This document shows, in pieces, positions 17,945 through 27,092 of a stretch of DNA of 64,000 nt (its first letter is position 1; the number at the start of each line of letters is the position of its first letter). The notes below the pieces were generated by a model. That model searched no databases and was not told where the DNA came from. It was given only the letters and a program-made list of their open reading frames with translations. The position numbers and the translations under genes are program-made. Source of the stretch: an uncultured Lachnospiraceae bacterium (GTDB lineage Bacteria > Bacillota > Clostridia > Lachnospirales > Lachnospiraceae); contig CAJUBR010000003.1 of the NCBI GenBank assembly GCA_910584695.1, forward strand, positions 8,545 to 72,544. Reading direction: 5' to 3'.

Positions 17945-18514
17945 TCAATGCTCTGAAATCGCCTCCGCAATATCTTGAAAACTCATTCCCTTTTTCAGAG
18001 CATATTCCCCTACCCGAATCCGGCTGGCATATCCGTTTTTTACAAGATATGTGTCAAACTCATCCGCATTTTCAATCAATCCTGCCTTATGCAGCTTCTG
18101 GCAAACCGCATAAGAGGTAGAGCCTCCGTCAATCTTAATAGTAACGGTTTCTCCTTTTTCCTCTGCCGCAGTTTCCGCTTGCGTTGTCTGCTCTTGTGTT
18201 GTAACCTCTGTTGTCTGCTCCTTTTTACTTTCTGAATCTGTAGCAGCCGAATCCTTTTTAGAAGTTCCATCTGTGTCTTTTACCGCCGTATCTTTGTTAT
18301 CTTCTTTTGAGGTTTCTTTTGCCGGATCTTCCTGTTTTGAAATCAGGTTCTCCAAAGGATCTTCCTGTTTCACCATTCCAAGCTCTTTTGCCCGATTTAT
18401 AATCTGCTCATCCGTCATTTTACCTGATTCACCGGTTTGGTATGCTGTAAAAAATATAACACATGAAAAGATAATGCCAACACCTAAACCTCTTAAAAAA
18501 TACTTTAACTTCAT
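17945..18514 (-). CDS. Membrane-anchored protein with a Thr/Glu/Lys-rich linker and a small YceG/LysM-like C-terminal module; last gene of the fla/che-linked run
   Basis: 189 aa. It has an N-terminal TM (LGVGIIFSCVIFFTA), a low-complexity linker, and C-terminal GGSTSYAVCQKLHKAGLIENADEFDTYL. Confidence 0.6.
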   Translation of the reverse strand: MKLKYFLRGLGVGIIFSCVIFFTAYQTGESGKMTDEQIINRAKELGMVKQEDPLENLISKQEDPAKETSKEDNKDTAVKDTDGTSKKDSAATDSESKKEQTTEVTTQEQTTQAETAAEEKGETVTIKIDGGSTSYAVCQKLHKAGLIENADEFDTYLVKNGYASRIRVGEYALKKGMSFQDIAEAISEH

Positions 18515-18516
18515 TT

Positions 18517-19458
18517 TTATTCTCCTTGGTACAAATCAATCACAAGCTTTACTTCACCAACCCCAAGACCCAGTTGTTTTGCAATTTCAATAATACTTTC
18601 ACCGTTTTTGTAAAGCTCTAATATAATATCGTTGGAATTTTCCCCTTCCATATATTCCTCCTCCAATGCTTCGTCAAAGTCAAGTTCCATCTGGTCAATT
18701 TTTTCAAATACGTCATCCATATCCTGAGTTTCTTCCTCTATTAAAACAGGATTCGTTTTATTTACTTTTCCGTTATCGCCAGACTCCCTTTCCAATTTCT
18801 CATCCGGTTCTTTCTCATCATGCATAGCCTCAGTTTCCGTTGCTTTTTCTATTTCCTGTTCCCGTTTTTGTTCTGATATCCCCTCTTGCTGTATAATTCG
18901 TTCCACATCCTGTTTTGTATTATCCTTCAGCTTTCTTAATGCACTTAGCTGATCAATTGCCGACTGTCTTTTCTCCATTTCTTTCACTTCAGCTATTTTC
19001 TTCTTTTCCTCAGCTATCCTTTTATTTTCCTCGTCTATCTGGGACAGCAGCTCCTTCACTTGATAATGAACCTGATTCACTTCTCTTACTGTATTCATGA
19101 TTTCTTTTTGTTTGTCATCTAACATACTGTAAAGAAACATTACTTCCTTGTGATTTTTTTCAATTTCCTCACATACCGCAACTGCATAGTCTCCCAATGC
19201 CATTGTTTTTTCATTTGCCATACTGGCCAGAGATTCATTCGTTTCATAGAGAATATCCTTTGCCTGTTTTGCAATCACATCTTCGATTTTGCGTTTAATA
19301 ATCTGCAATTCCCTGTCAGAAAATTCATAATCCTCATTCACTGTAAGCAGATCAATATTAAAATTATCTTCTCTTTTTTCAAATCTTTCCGAAATAAAAA
19401 AGCTTGAAAAAATCATTATAATACCTATAATCATCATTACTACTACTGAACTTGTCAT
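18517..19458 (-). CDS. Membrane-anchored coiled-coil protein with a C-terminal HTH-like module, uncharacterised
   Basis: 313 aa. It has an N-terminal TM, a long charged coiled-coil region, and C-terminal IIEIAKQLGLGVGEVKLVIDLY. Confidence 0.6.
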   Translation of the reverse strand: MTSSVVVMMIIGIIMIFSSFFISERFEKREDNFNIDLLTVNEDYEFSDRELQIIKRKIEDVIAKQAKDILYETNESLASMANEKTMALGDYAVAVCEEIEKNHKEVMFLYSMLDDKQKEIMNTVREVNQVHYQVKELLSQIDEENKRIAEEKKKIAEVKEMEKRQSAIDQLSALRKLKDNTKQDVERIIQQEGISEQKREQEIEKATETEAMHDEKEPDEKLERESGDNGKVNKTNPVLIEEETQDMDDVFEKIDQMELDFDEALEEEYMEGENSNDIILELYKNGESIIEIAKQLGLGVGEVKLVIDLYQGE

Positions 19459-19472
19459 TTTACACTCCCGTT

Positions 19473-19811
19473 TTATATCTGTATATTAATTCTTGGCTGT
19501 TTGTCATCCGTGTAATCTTTTTGTTTTACTGTTAGCTCATCGGCTTCCATATCGGATTGCCTTTTCTTTTTATGACGTTTTCTTAAATCCTGGTAAGTTC
19601 CATTACCCTCTTCTTTCGCATCATATTGATATTCGGCAAATTCATTTGCATCCTTTTTTATTACGGTCTCACTATTGTGTTTTACTTCCCGTTTTACTTC
19701 ATTTGCCGCATATGTATTTTCGTTTACTACTCTCTGATTTTCATGCTGTTGGTTTGTTCCGACAGACTCTGTACGGGGAAGCAGCATTTGCATTTCAACC
19801 GGACGTATCAT
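19473..19811 (-). CDS. Hypothetical hydrophilic protein
   Basis: 112 aa, highly charged, lying between fapA and the coiled-coil gene with 11-14 nt gaps. Confidence 0.5.
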   Translation of the reverse strand: MIRPVEMQMLLPRTESVGTNQQHENQRVVNENTYAANEVKREVKHNSETVIKKDANEFAEYQYDAKEEGNGTYQDLRKRHKKKRQSDMEADELTVKQKDYTDDKQPRINIQI

Positions 19812-19823
19812 GAAAAAACCTCC

Positions 19824-21428
19824 TTATACTATTGAAGTACTCACCACATCGGCACCATCTGTTCTAAATTGACACCTTTTTTGAATATCCTTTACCGAAT
19901 ATACCCTATTGGAAATATAGATGCATACTCCGGGATATATCATCCTGTTTACCACTACACGACCATCCATATTATTTTCAATCTCTTTCTTCAGTGCTAT
20001 ATATTGGGCAGATTCCCTCTCCAGTTCTTCTTCTAATTTCTTAACGCCACGATCTGCCAGTTTCGTCAAATCAGTCTGACGCATCGCCGTTTTTCGTCCT
20101 TCTTCCATTCTTTTTCTGGTTACCTGCACAATTTGACGATGTTTCAAAACTTCCTTCTGTTTTTCTTTAATTGTCATTGCTAATTTTTTAAACTTCTCTA
20201 ACATCTCAGGATCAACTCCCACTTTTAAAGTTGTAACCGTATTCATTTTATTTCCAAATACACTGGCCTCAATTCTTTTTCCTGCTGATACGTTTCCTCC
20301 AATTAGAAATCCCTTTTTCCCACTTACAATAACGGTCTCTCCAGCAGTTAAATCAGAGTGAAGACTGGAACCTGCATTAATCACACGTCCCGCTTTTACC
20401 GTACAGCTTTCTAAAAATTTCGTAATAATATCATTCTCTGCCTGAAGAATTCCTTTCCCCATTCCCTGTACTCCACGTTTTAAAACAATGTTTCCTCCGG
20501 CTTTTAAAACTGCTCCCTCCACAACACCGTCTACTTCAATATCACCGGAAGCTTCTACTGCAAAACCTGCACGGACATTTCCTGTAACATGTACATTCCC
20601 CTTATAACGAATATCTCCCGTTGATGCATCTACATCCGCCGGAACATTGTAGGTTCCTGATACAAACACCGTATCTCCTGTTAATTTAACATCTCCATCT
20701 ATTTCCGAAAAAATCTTTGTCTGGTCATCCGACAATATGATATTTTTACCGAATTTTAAACTTCTCTTTTTCGCCTTCGGAGGATAAACCTCCTCTCCGA
20801 ACACATTAATCCCTGGTGCTCCCTCTTGTTCCGGGATTAATTCCGCCAGTAAATCCCCTTTTTTTATACTGACAAAAATATTAAGCTGATGAAAATCCAC
20901 ACTCCCGTCTTCTAACAGCAACGGTTTAGCGGTAGGATCTGTATTAAATTTATAAATAATCTCTGCATCACGTCCCGGCACAACTGCTTTTCCTTTTGCA
21001 ATGGGTATATCTCTGCAAAATTGTCTTCCTGCCATATAGGCATAAAGTACCTTTTTCGATATCCCATATGTAACCTTTGCACGTTCTAACTCATTGAGAA
21101 TATCGTTTTCTGTCATATATTTTCCGTTCTTTGAGGGTGGATAAAAACGGACTACCGCTACCATCCCTTCATTTGTCACTCTTACCATTGCCATCTCAGG
21201 GACTTCTCCTATTACCTCAGAACTGACAAAAATTTCGGTTTCCTTATCTGCTTTGGAAACTGCATTGTTTAATTCCGATAGATTATAGCCTCTAATCCCG
21301 CACTTTTCCAAATAGGCAGCAAATTCCTGAATTGCAATTCCTCTGCCACCTTCCTTCGCTGGATATATATATGCATATACACCGTCTTTTCGAATATCTA
21401 ATTGAAAAAAGCCATTTGTATATTTCAT
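19824..21428 (-). CDS. fapA: FapA-family (DUF342) flagellar assembly protein
   Basis: ORF 19824..21455 trimmed to MKYTNGFFQLDI (SD AGGAG). It has a beta-helix-like repeat core (GNVHVTGNV...GDIEVDGVV...GNIVLKRGV) followed by a C-terminal coiled coil, as in DUF342. Confidence 0.8.
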   Translation of the reverse strand: MKYTNGFFQLDIRKDGVYAYIYPAKEGGRGIAIQEFAAYLEKCGIRGYNLSELNNAVSKADKETEIFVSSEVIGEVPEMAMVRVTNEGMVAVVRFYPPSKNGKYMTENDILNELERAKVTYGISKKVLYAYMAGRQFCRDIPIAKGKAVVPGRDAEIIYKFNTDPTAKPLLLEDGSVDFHQLNIFVSIKKGDLLAELIPEQEGAPGINVFGEEVYPPKAKKRSLKFGKNIILSDDQTKIFSEIDGDVKLTGDTVFVSGTYNVPADVDASTGDIRYKGNVHVTGNVRAGFAVEASGDIEVDGVVEGAVLKAGGNIVLKRGVQGMGKGILQAENDIITKFLESCTVKAGRVINAGSSLHSDLTAGETVIVSGKKGFLIGGNVSAGKRIEASVFGNKMNTVTTLKVGVDPEMLEKFKKLAMTIKEKQKEVLKHRQIVQVTRKRMEEGRKTAMRQTDLTKLADRGVKKLEEELERESAQYIALKKEIENNMDGRVVVNRMIYPGVCIYISNRVYSVKDIQKRCQFRTDGADVVSTSIV

Positions 21429-21454
21429 TTCATACTCCTTTTCCACAACCCTCA

Positions 21455-22219
21455 TTATCCCATGAAAAATTCAAAATAACCACCCAAATGCTTCTTCATC
21501 TTTTCCAATGCCTTTGAATGAAGCTGCGATATTCTGGATTCCGAAACCTCTAATACATTTGCAACTTCCTTTAAAGTAAGCTCTTCATAATAATATAATA
21601 AAACAACCTTCTTTTCCTTTTCTGTCAGCAACTCCAATGCCTTCATCAGTATCTGCCGGATTTCTTCCCTGTCAACTGCCTGCTCCGGTTCCACATATAC
21701 TGTATTCCGAAATTCTTTCACTCCACTTTCTGTTCCCTGTTCCATAAATTCATCCAATGAAGCAATATTGGAAATATTGGCAAGACCTTCCCAGCTTCTA
21801 TATTCATCAAGGGAAATCCCTAATTCTTTTGCAATATCCTTATCCTTGTATTTCCCACCCTGTTCTTTTTCCAGTTTTGTAACTGCATTCTCAATCTGCT
21901 TTTGTTTTTGCCTGACAGACCTTGGTATCCAGTCCATCTTACGGATCTGATCAAGAATAGCTCCTCTAATCCGCAAACTGGCATAGGTTTCAAACTTAAT
22001 TCCTTTCTCAAAATCAAATTTATCAATGGCATCAATCAGACCAAAAACCCCATAGCTTACTAAATCATCATATTCTACCGTATAACCCAGATACAAATTC
22101 AGACGACCCGCAACAAATTTCACCAGAGGAACATATTCGATAATAATCTGTTCTCTCAGTTTGTCAGACCTTGTTTTCGCATATTCCTCCCATAATTTAT
22201 TTTTCTTTGTATCGTCCAT
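21455..22219 (-). CDS. fliA: Flagellar sigma factor (sigma-28/SigD/FliA family)
   Basis: Region 2 (YVPLVKFVAGRL...DLVSYGVFGLIDAIDKFD) and the region 4 HTH (LTLKEVANVLEVSESRISQLHSKAL) are present. Start at the ATG at 22219, with GGGGTG 6 nt upstream. Confidence 0.92.
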   Translation of the reverse strand: MDDTKKNKLWEEYAKTRSDKLREQIIIEYVPLVKFVAGRLNLYLGYTVEYDDLVSYGVFGLIDAIDKFDFEKGIKFETYASLRIRGAILDQIRKMDWIPRSVRQKQKQIENAVTKLEKEQGGKYKDKDIAKELGISLDEYRSWEGLANISNIASLDEFMEQGTESGVKEFRNTVYVEPEQAVDREEIRQILMKALELLTEKEKKVVLLYYYEELTLKEVANVLEVSESRISQLHSKALEKMKKHLGGYFEFFMG

Positions 22220-22242
22220 TCTACACACCCCGCGTATCAGTA

Positions 22243-22545
22243 TTATTCGTCATCTTCAAAAAAATTATCCGATATATTATAATCCGCCTGCTCCGTCATC
22301 TCTTCTTCATTTTCATCCGTATCCGTTTGTTCTGATTCCGTCTGTTCTTCTTTCTTACTTTCTTTTTGATTCATAGAGCGCTGCAAGATTTCAACACACA
22401 AGGTGCCAATTACATAAAATATAACAATTACACCTAATAAAATCAATAAAGAAACCGTTACATTCTTATTTGTTTTCATATTTACAACCAATGTCACCAA
22501 ACCTGCAAGTAAAACAATAAATGCTCTCAAATATCGATACTTCAT
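22243..22545 (-). CDS. Small two-TM protein with an acidic C-terminal tail, hypothetical
   Basis: ORF 22243..22566 (TTG in the track). The ATG at 22545 gives MKYRYLRAFIVLLAGLV.... The RBS is weak, so the gene call is less certain. Confidence 0.5.
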   Translation of the reverse strand: MKYRYLRAFIVLLAGLVTLVVNMKTNKNVTVSLLILLGVIVIFYVIGTLCVEILQRSMNQKESKKEEQTESEQTDTDENEEEMTEQADYNISDNFFEDDE

Positions 22546-22675
22546 AATTTGCACCGAGCCTATCAACCATAAGCCTGCTTATATCTGATAGGTACAAACA
22601 CAAAGGGTAAAAGATGTGTGTTTGCATACGCTCCCTTTCCTTTATTTTTCCTTTACTAATATAATGATTAAATCA

Positions 22676-23161
22676 TTATATGCTCTTTTCTGCTTTTCCG
22701 GCTGAACGAATCAACAGTTTTTTGGAAACCGGATCAAAGACAATGGTCCGTCCATAATCTGCTCCGGTATCTTCCGAAACGATCCGAATGCCATAAGCCT
22801 TTAATACCTCTTTTACCGCGATTACATTACGATCGCCTATACTTCCCATATCCGATTTTCCCGTAAACTGAAACATCGTTGCTCCCCCTGCAATCTTTGC
22901 AATAAGAGCCTGCCGCATCACACCCATCCTTTCCAATGCGTGTATCAAATCTTCAATTCCCGTATCCGCAAATTTGGCACGGTTCTCGTTGTTTTTTATT
23001 CCCTTACTGGAGGGAAGCATAATATGTACCAGTCCACATATATCATTTAACGTATTATATAACACTATACCAACACACGAACCTAATCCGATTGTAGTAA
23101 TCTGATCCGGTGCACGACACACTTTTAAATCCGCTATACCAACTTTAATTATTTCTCCCAT
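22676..23161 (-). CDS. cheD: Chemoreceptor glutamine deamidase CheD
   Basis: KVGIADLKV...TIGLGSCVGIVLY contains the catalytic Cys context of CheD. The ATG at 23161 lies 1 nt after the cheC stop, and the track start at 23173 is a TTG. Confidence 0.9.
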   Translation of the reverse strand: MGEIIKVGIADLKVCRAPDQITTIGLGSCVGIVLYNTLNDICGLVHIMLPSSKGIKNNENRAKFADTGIEDLIHALERMGVMRQALIAKIAGGATMFQFTGKSDMGSIGDRNVIAVKEVLKAYGIRIVSEDTGADYGRTIVFDPVSKKLLIRSAGKAEKSI

Positions 23162-23162
23162 A

Positions 23163-23780
23163 TCAGTATCCAATCCCTAATGACTTAAAAATATGATTAA
23201 ATGAATCTTCATCTGCTACAAACAGGAGAAGACCATTAATCGGTCTTTCATTATCTAAAAATTTAGAATCAATAATCAATGCTTTATCACCAATCTGTCC
23301 TAATTCACTAATCGGCATGCTCAAAACAGAAGCTGCCATGTCAATACAAATGGCAGGAGGATCTGTATGCAGATGAAAGTTTGCAAGAGTACAGATTGAG
23401 GAAATATAGGAACTCATCAGAATATTCCCAATTTCTTTCAAGGCCGACTTATCCATATGGTCAAATTCATTAAATTCCTCTGAATCATTTTTCCCAAGCA
23501 TTGTATAAATAAGATTTTTGGCTTCCTCTAACTCCAGGATAAACAATGTCATTCCGCTTATGTCTCCCTCGAAATGAGTCAGAACCGCTGCAACAATTGT
23601 ATCTGCTCCGCCTACCAAATCCGGTATTTCATTAAAGTCCAACACCTTTACGACCGGCATTTCTAAACGCAGATTGGAATTCAGCATAACGGAAAGTGCA
23701 GTCGTCGCATTTCCCGCCCCAATATTACCAATCTCACGTAACACATCCATTTTTGTACTGTTCATTTCATCATATGACAT
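23163..23780 (-). CDS. cheC: CheY-P phosphatase CheC
   Basis: 205 aa with a duplicated EIGNIGAGNA / EIGNILMSS CheC signature. Confidence 0.9.
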   Translation of the reverse strand: MSYDEMNSTKMDVLREIGNIGAGNATTALSVMLNSNLRLEMPVVKVLDFNEIPDLVGGADTIVAAVLTHFEGDISGMTLFILELEEAKNLIYTMLGKNDSEEFNEFDHMDKSALKEIGNILMSSYISSICTLANFHLHTDPPAICIDMAASVLSMPISELGQIGDKALIIDSKFLDNERPINGLLLFVADEDSFNHIFKSLGIGY

Positions 23781-23788
23781 ATTATCAC

Positions 23789-24238
23789 CTACCCATTATC
23801 AAGTTCGGAAATAATCCCCTGAATATTCAGTAAAGAAATTAACGTATCTTTGTACTTACCTACTCCCAGTAAATTCATTCCCTGTTCATCATAAACTGTT
23901 TTTTCAATATTTTCCTCTTCCAGCGTAACAACCTCATGCACTTCGTCAACCAGAATCCCTATTTTTGCATTGCTCTCTGGTTTTACAATGATAATCCGTG
24001 TCGCATTTGTATTTTCTCTTTGCTCTAAGCCGAATTTAAGTCGTAAATTCATCACCGGAATAATCTCACCACGCAGATTAATAACGCCGGCAAAATAAGA
24101 CTGTGCTTTCGGAACCCTTGTGATCTGCTGCATACGTACAATGTTGTCAACAAAGGAAATGTCAATCCCATACTGTTCGTTGTCTAATTTTACTACAATA
24201 TACTGCTTTAACCCATTTGCAACTACATTTTCATCCAT
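23789..24238 (-). CDS. cheW: Chemotaxis coupling protein CheW
   Basis: 149 aa with a typical CheW-domain pattern (FAGVINLRGEIIPV). Confidence 0.92.
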   Translation of the reverse strand: MDENVVANGLKQYIVVKLDNEQYGIDISFVDNIVRMQQITRVPKAQSYFAGVINLRGEIIPVMNLRLKFGLEQRENTNATRIIIVKPESNAKIGILVDEVHEVVTLEEENIEKTVYDEQGMNLLGVGKYKDTLISLLNIQGIISELDNG

Positions 24239-24252
24239 AATATGTATCCCTC

Positions 24253-26301
24253 CTATACCAATGAATTTGAATCAATAATCAATGCAACCTCACCATCACC
24301 AAGAATCGTGGCTCCACTAATCATCTTATGAATATTGATATACTTACCAAGAGGCTTAATTACAATCTCCTGCTGTCCTAGCAGATTATCAATTACAAGC
24401 CCTGTCTGTTTGTCACCCTTCTTAACGATTACAACAACCAGATTCTCCGGCTCTGCATCACTTGGAGGACAATCTAACATCTCATCCAGTCTTACAATCG
24501 GAATCACACTCCCACGCAGATTGATTACTTCTTTTTGCTGCACATACTTAATCTCGTCAACCAACACATCTTCTATTGTAACGATGGAATTTAGAGGTAT
24601 TGCATACTTTTCTCCCCTGATCTCTACCATAAGTGCCTGAATAATAGCCAGCGTAAGAGGCAGTCGCACGGTGAACTTCGTTCCCTCACCAAGTTTGGTG
24701 GATACTTCTACATCACCACCTAACCCTTCTATTTTATTCTTTACTACATCAAGACCAACACCACGCCCTGATACATCTGATATTTTTTCAGCAGTAGAAA
24801 ATGCCGGACGGAATAACAAATCAATTGCTTCTTTCTCACTTAACATTTCCGCCTGCTCCTCTGTAATATGCCCTTTCTTGATTGCAGAAGCTTTTACTTT
24901 CTCAACATCAATACCAGCACCGTCATCTTCTACTTCAATAGTTACATTATTACCATCCTGATACGCATTTAGCTGGATGGTTCCTACCTGTGGTTTACCG
25001 AGCTTTAGTCGTTCTACGGTAGGCTCCAGTCCATGATCTGCAGAATTACGAAGCATATGCATCAAAGGATCTCCAATTTCATCAATTACAGTACGGTCTA
25101 ACTCCGTATCTTCACCCGTCATAATCAACTCCATCTCTTTTCCGAGTTTCTTAGACAAATCACGGATCATCCGAGGAAAACGATTTACAACACTCTCAAT
25201 CGGTACCATCCGCACTTTCATTACGGATTCATGTATATTGGTAGTGATTCTTTCCAGATATTCAATCTGCTCGTTAAAACTCTGCATGGAAGTATCACTA
25301 TCCTCCTGATTGCTTACAGAAACAAGACCGTTTTTTGCAATAATCAGCTCACTGACTAGATTCATCAAAACATCCAGTTTTTCAATATCAACACGTACCG
25401 AACGATTCGCAACCGCCTTTCCGCCTGTTTTAGAAGAAGTCTTTTTCTTTACTTCTTCCTTTTTGTCTGCTTTCTTTTCCTCTTCCTGAACAGAACTAAC
25501 AACTACCACATCATCCGGTATCTCATACTCCTCAATTACAACCTCTTTAATCTCGGATACATTGGCGATCACTTTCTTTACTTCCTCTAACGGCTTTTCC
25601 GAAACAATCAAAATTGAGAAATCAAAATCAAACTTCTCATCTTCAATATCCTGAACGGAAGGAACGGATTTAATAATTTCTCCAATACCTTCAACGCCTT
25701 TAAATACTAAGAAAGCCCTTGCTGCCTTTAAAATACATCCCTCATCAACATATATGGTTGCCCCGTAAACATTCTTTTTATCTGATTTTGCCTCCACAAT
25801 TGCATTCTTTTCAAAATCAGCAATATTAATACGAAGAAATTTACGTTTATCTCCTTCCTCTACAGGCTTATTTTCCTGTTTTACTTCGGGAGTCTTTTCT
25901 TTTTCAGATTCCCCTCCTTCTGCCTCCAAACAGGCATTTAACAAACCGATAATCTCATCATTGTCATTCTCACCCTCATTTGAAGTTTCCGTAATACAAG
26001 CCAAATACTCCTCAATTGCATCCAGACACTTGAATACCACATCTACAAGATCCGGTGTAACTTTCATCTTACCGTTCCGGATTTCAGAAAAAACATTCTC
26101 CATATCATGTGTCAAACGCTGCATCCGTTTAAATCCCATTGTTCCTGCCATACCTTTTAACGAATGAGCTGCTCGGAATATCTCATTAATCGTATCAATG
26201 TTATCCGGCTCCGCTTCTAATACAAGAACCTGATCGTTCAACGTCTGCAAATGTTCCTGTGTCTCATCAATAAAAATCTCAAGATATTGACTTAAATCCA
26301 T
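24253..26301 (-). CDS. cheA: Chemotaxis histidine kinase CheA
   Basis: HPt His in FRAAHSLKGMAG, the HATPase boxes DDGAGID and GRGVGLDVV, and a C-terminal CheW-like domain. Confidence 0.95.
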   Translation of the reverse strand: MDLSQYLEIFIDETQEHLQTLNDQVLVLEAEPDNIDTINEIFRAAHSLKGMAGTMGFKRMQRLTHDMENVFSEIRNGKMKVTPDLVDVVFKCLDAIEEYLACITETSNEGENDNDEIIGLLNACLEAEGGESEKEKTPEVKQENKPVEEGDKRKFLRINIADFEKNAIVEAKSDKKNVYGATIYVDEGCILKAARAFLVFKGVEGIGEIIKSVPSVQDIEDEKFDFDFSILIVSEKPLEEVKKVIANVSEIKEVVIEEYEIPDDVVVVSSVQEEEKKADKKEEVKKKTSSKTGGKAVANRSVRVDIEKLDVLMNLVSELIIAKNGLVSVSNQEDSDTSMQSFNEQIEYLERITTNIHESVMKVRMVPIESVVNRFPRMIRDLSKKLGKEMELIMTGEDTELDRTVIDEIGDPLMHMLRNSADHGLEPTVERLKLGKPQVGTIQLNAYQDGNNVTIEVEDDGAGIDVEKVKASAIKKGHITEEQAEMLSEKEAIDLLFRPAFSTAEKISDVSGRGVGLDVVKNKIEGLGGDVEVSTKLGEGTKFTVRLPLTLAIIQALMVEIRGEKYAIPLNSIVTIEDVLVDEIKYVQQKEVINLRGSVIPIVRLDEMLDCPPSDAEPENLVVVIVKKGDKQTGLVIDNLLGQQEIVIKPLGKYINIHKMISGATILGDGEVALIIDSNSLV

Positions 26302-26303
26302 AA

Positions 26304-26900
26304 TTAACGCACCCCCGCTTTTTTCATAATCGCTTTACTAATTTCTTCTAATGGCAAAACGGCATCTGCCATGCCACCTTCAACAATTGCTCTTGGCATC
26401 CCATATACTACACAGGATTCTTCATTCTGGGCAATTGTATAAATCTTTTGATTTTCCTTTAGTTTTTTAATACCAGTAAATCCATCTGAACCCATACCGG
26501 TAAGCACTACACAAATCACCATATCAAATGCCAACGGAATCAGACTTTCAAATGTAATATTTGCACATGGTCTTAATCCATTTACCGGTTCTTCATCACT
26601 TTCACGAAAGACAAGCATATTCTTCATATTCCTGACCAACTGCATATGTCTTCCTCCTCGTGCCAGATATACATGCCCTTTTTCCAGGATTTCACCATTC
26701 TCTGCCTCGCTTACCGCAATATCACAAACTTCATTGAGTCTCTCTGCTAATGATGTGGTAAATCCCTTCGGCATATGCTGTACAATCACTACCGGTGCAT
26801 CTAAATTCTTATCCAGCATAGGAATTAATTTATGTAATGCTTTGGGTCCACCTGTTGAACTGGCAATTACGACAAGTTTCTTAATTATACTGTCTGCCAT
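26304..26900 (-). CDS. cheB: Chemotaxis methylesterase CheB, catalytic domain only (no receiver domain)
   Basis: 198 aa. The triad contexts ASSTGGP, VQHMPKGFT and TGMGSDG are present. The protein starts directly at the esterase domain. Confidence 0.88.
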   Translation of the reverse strand: MADSIIKKLVVIASSTGGPKALHKLIPMLDKNLDAPVVIVQHMPKGFTTSLAERLNEVCDIAVSEAENGEILEKGHVYLARGGRHMQLVRNMKNMLVFRESDEEPVNGLRPCANITFESLIPLAFDMVICVVLTGMGSDGFTGIKKLKENQKIYTIAQNEESCVVYGMPRAIVEGGMADAVLPLEEISKAIMKKAGVR

Positions 26901-26957
26901 ATTGTCCCCCTATAGCTTTTAATAAAATAATTATAACAAATCCTACTCTACACATAA

Positions 26958-26978
26958 GTGTATAATGATATTATACAC
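26958..26978. promoter_or_regulatory. Inverted repeat gtgtataat-gat-attatacac in the spacer upstream of cheB (candidate -10/operator)
   Basis: The 9-bp arms are perfectly complementary, and each arm reads TATAAT on one strand. It lies about 60 nt upstream of the cheB ATG at 26900. Confidence 0.35.
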
Positions 26979-27025
26979 AATTATTTTATAAAAATAAAGT
27001 ATGATATTTCCTTTTATCTCTTTGA

Positions 27026-27083
27026 AGATAAAAAACTGTTACACAAAAAATGTTACTTTAAAACATTTCTTTGTGCAACAGTT
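27026..27083 (-). terminator. Intrinsic terminator after the PilZ gene
   Basis: The reverse strand reads aactgttgcacaaagaaatgttttaaagtaacattttttgtgtaacagtt, a long hairpin, followed by TTTTTTATC. It starts 10 nt after the stop at 27093. Confidence 0.75.
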
Positions 27084-27092
27084 CTTCTATGA

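Noticed and set aside
18076-18270. 64-aa Arg/Lys-rich ORF in an alternative frame on the same strand, inside the 189-aa gene.
   Set aside because: It is a by-product of the purine-rich low-complexity linker of the real gene, has no RBS and is fully nested. It is a useful caution for the rnf Arg-rich ORF, which by contrast is not nested and has coupling signals.
22595-22624. Hairpin after cheD considered as an intrinsic terminator.
   Set aside because: The 8-bp stem is AT-rich, the loop is 14 nt, and no U-tract follows. It is kept only as part of the spacer observation.
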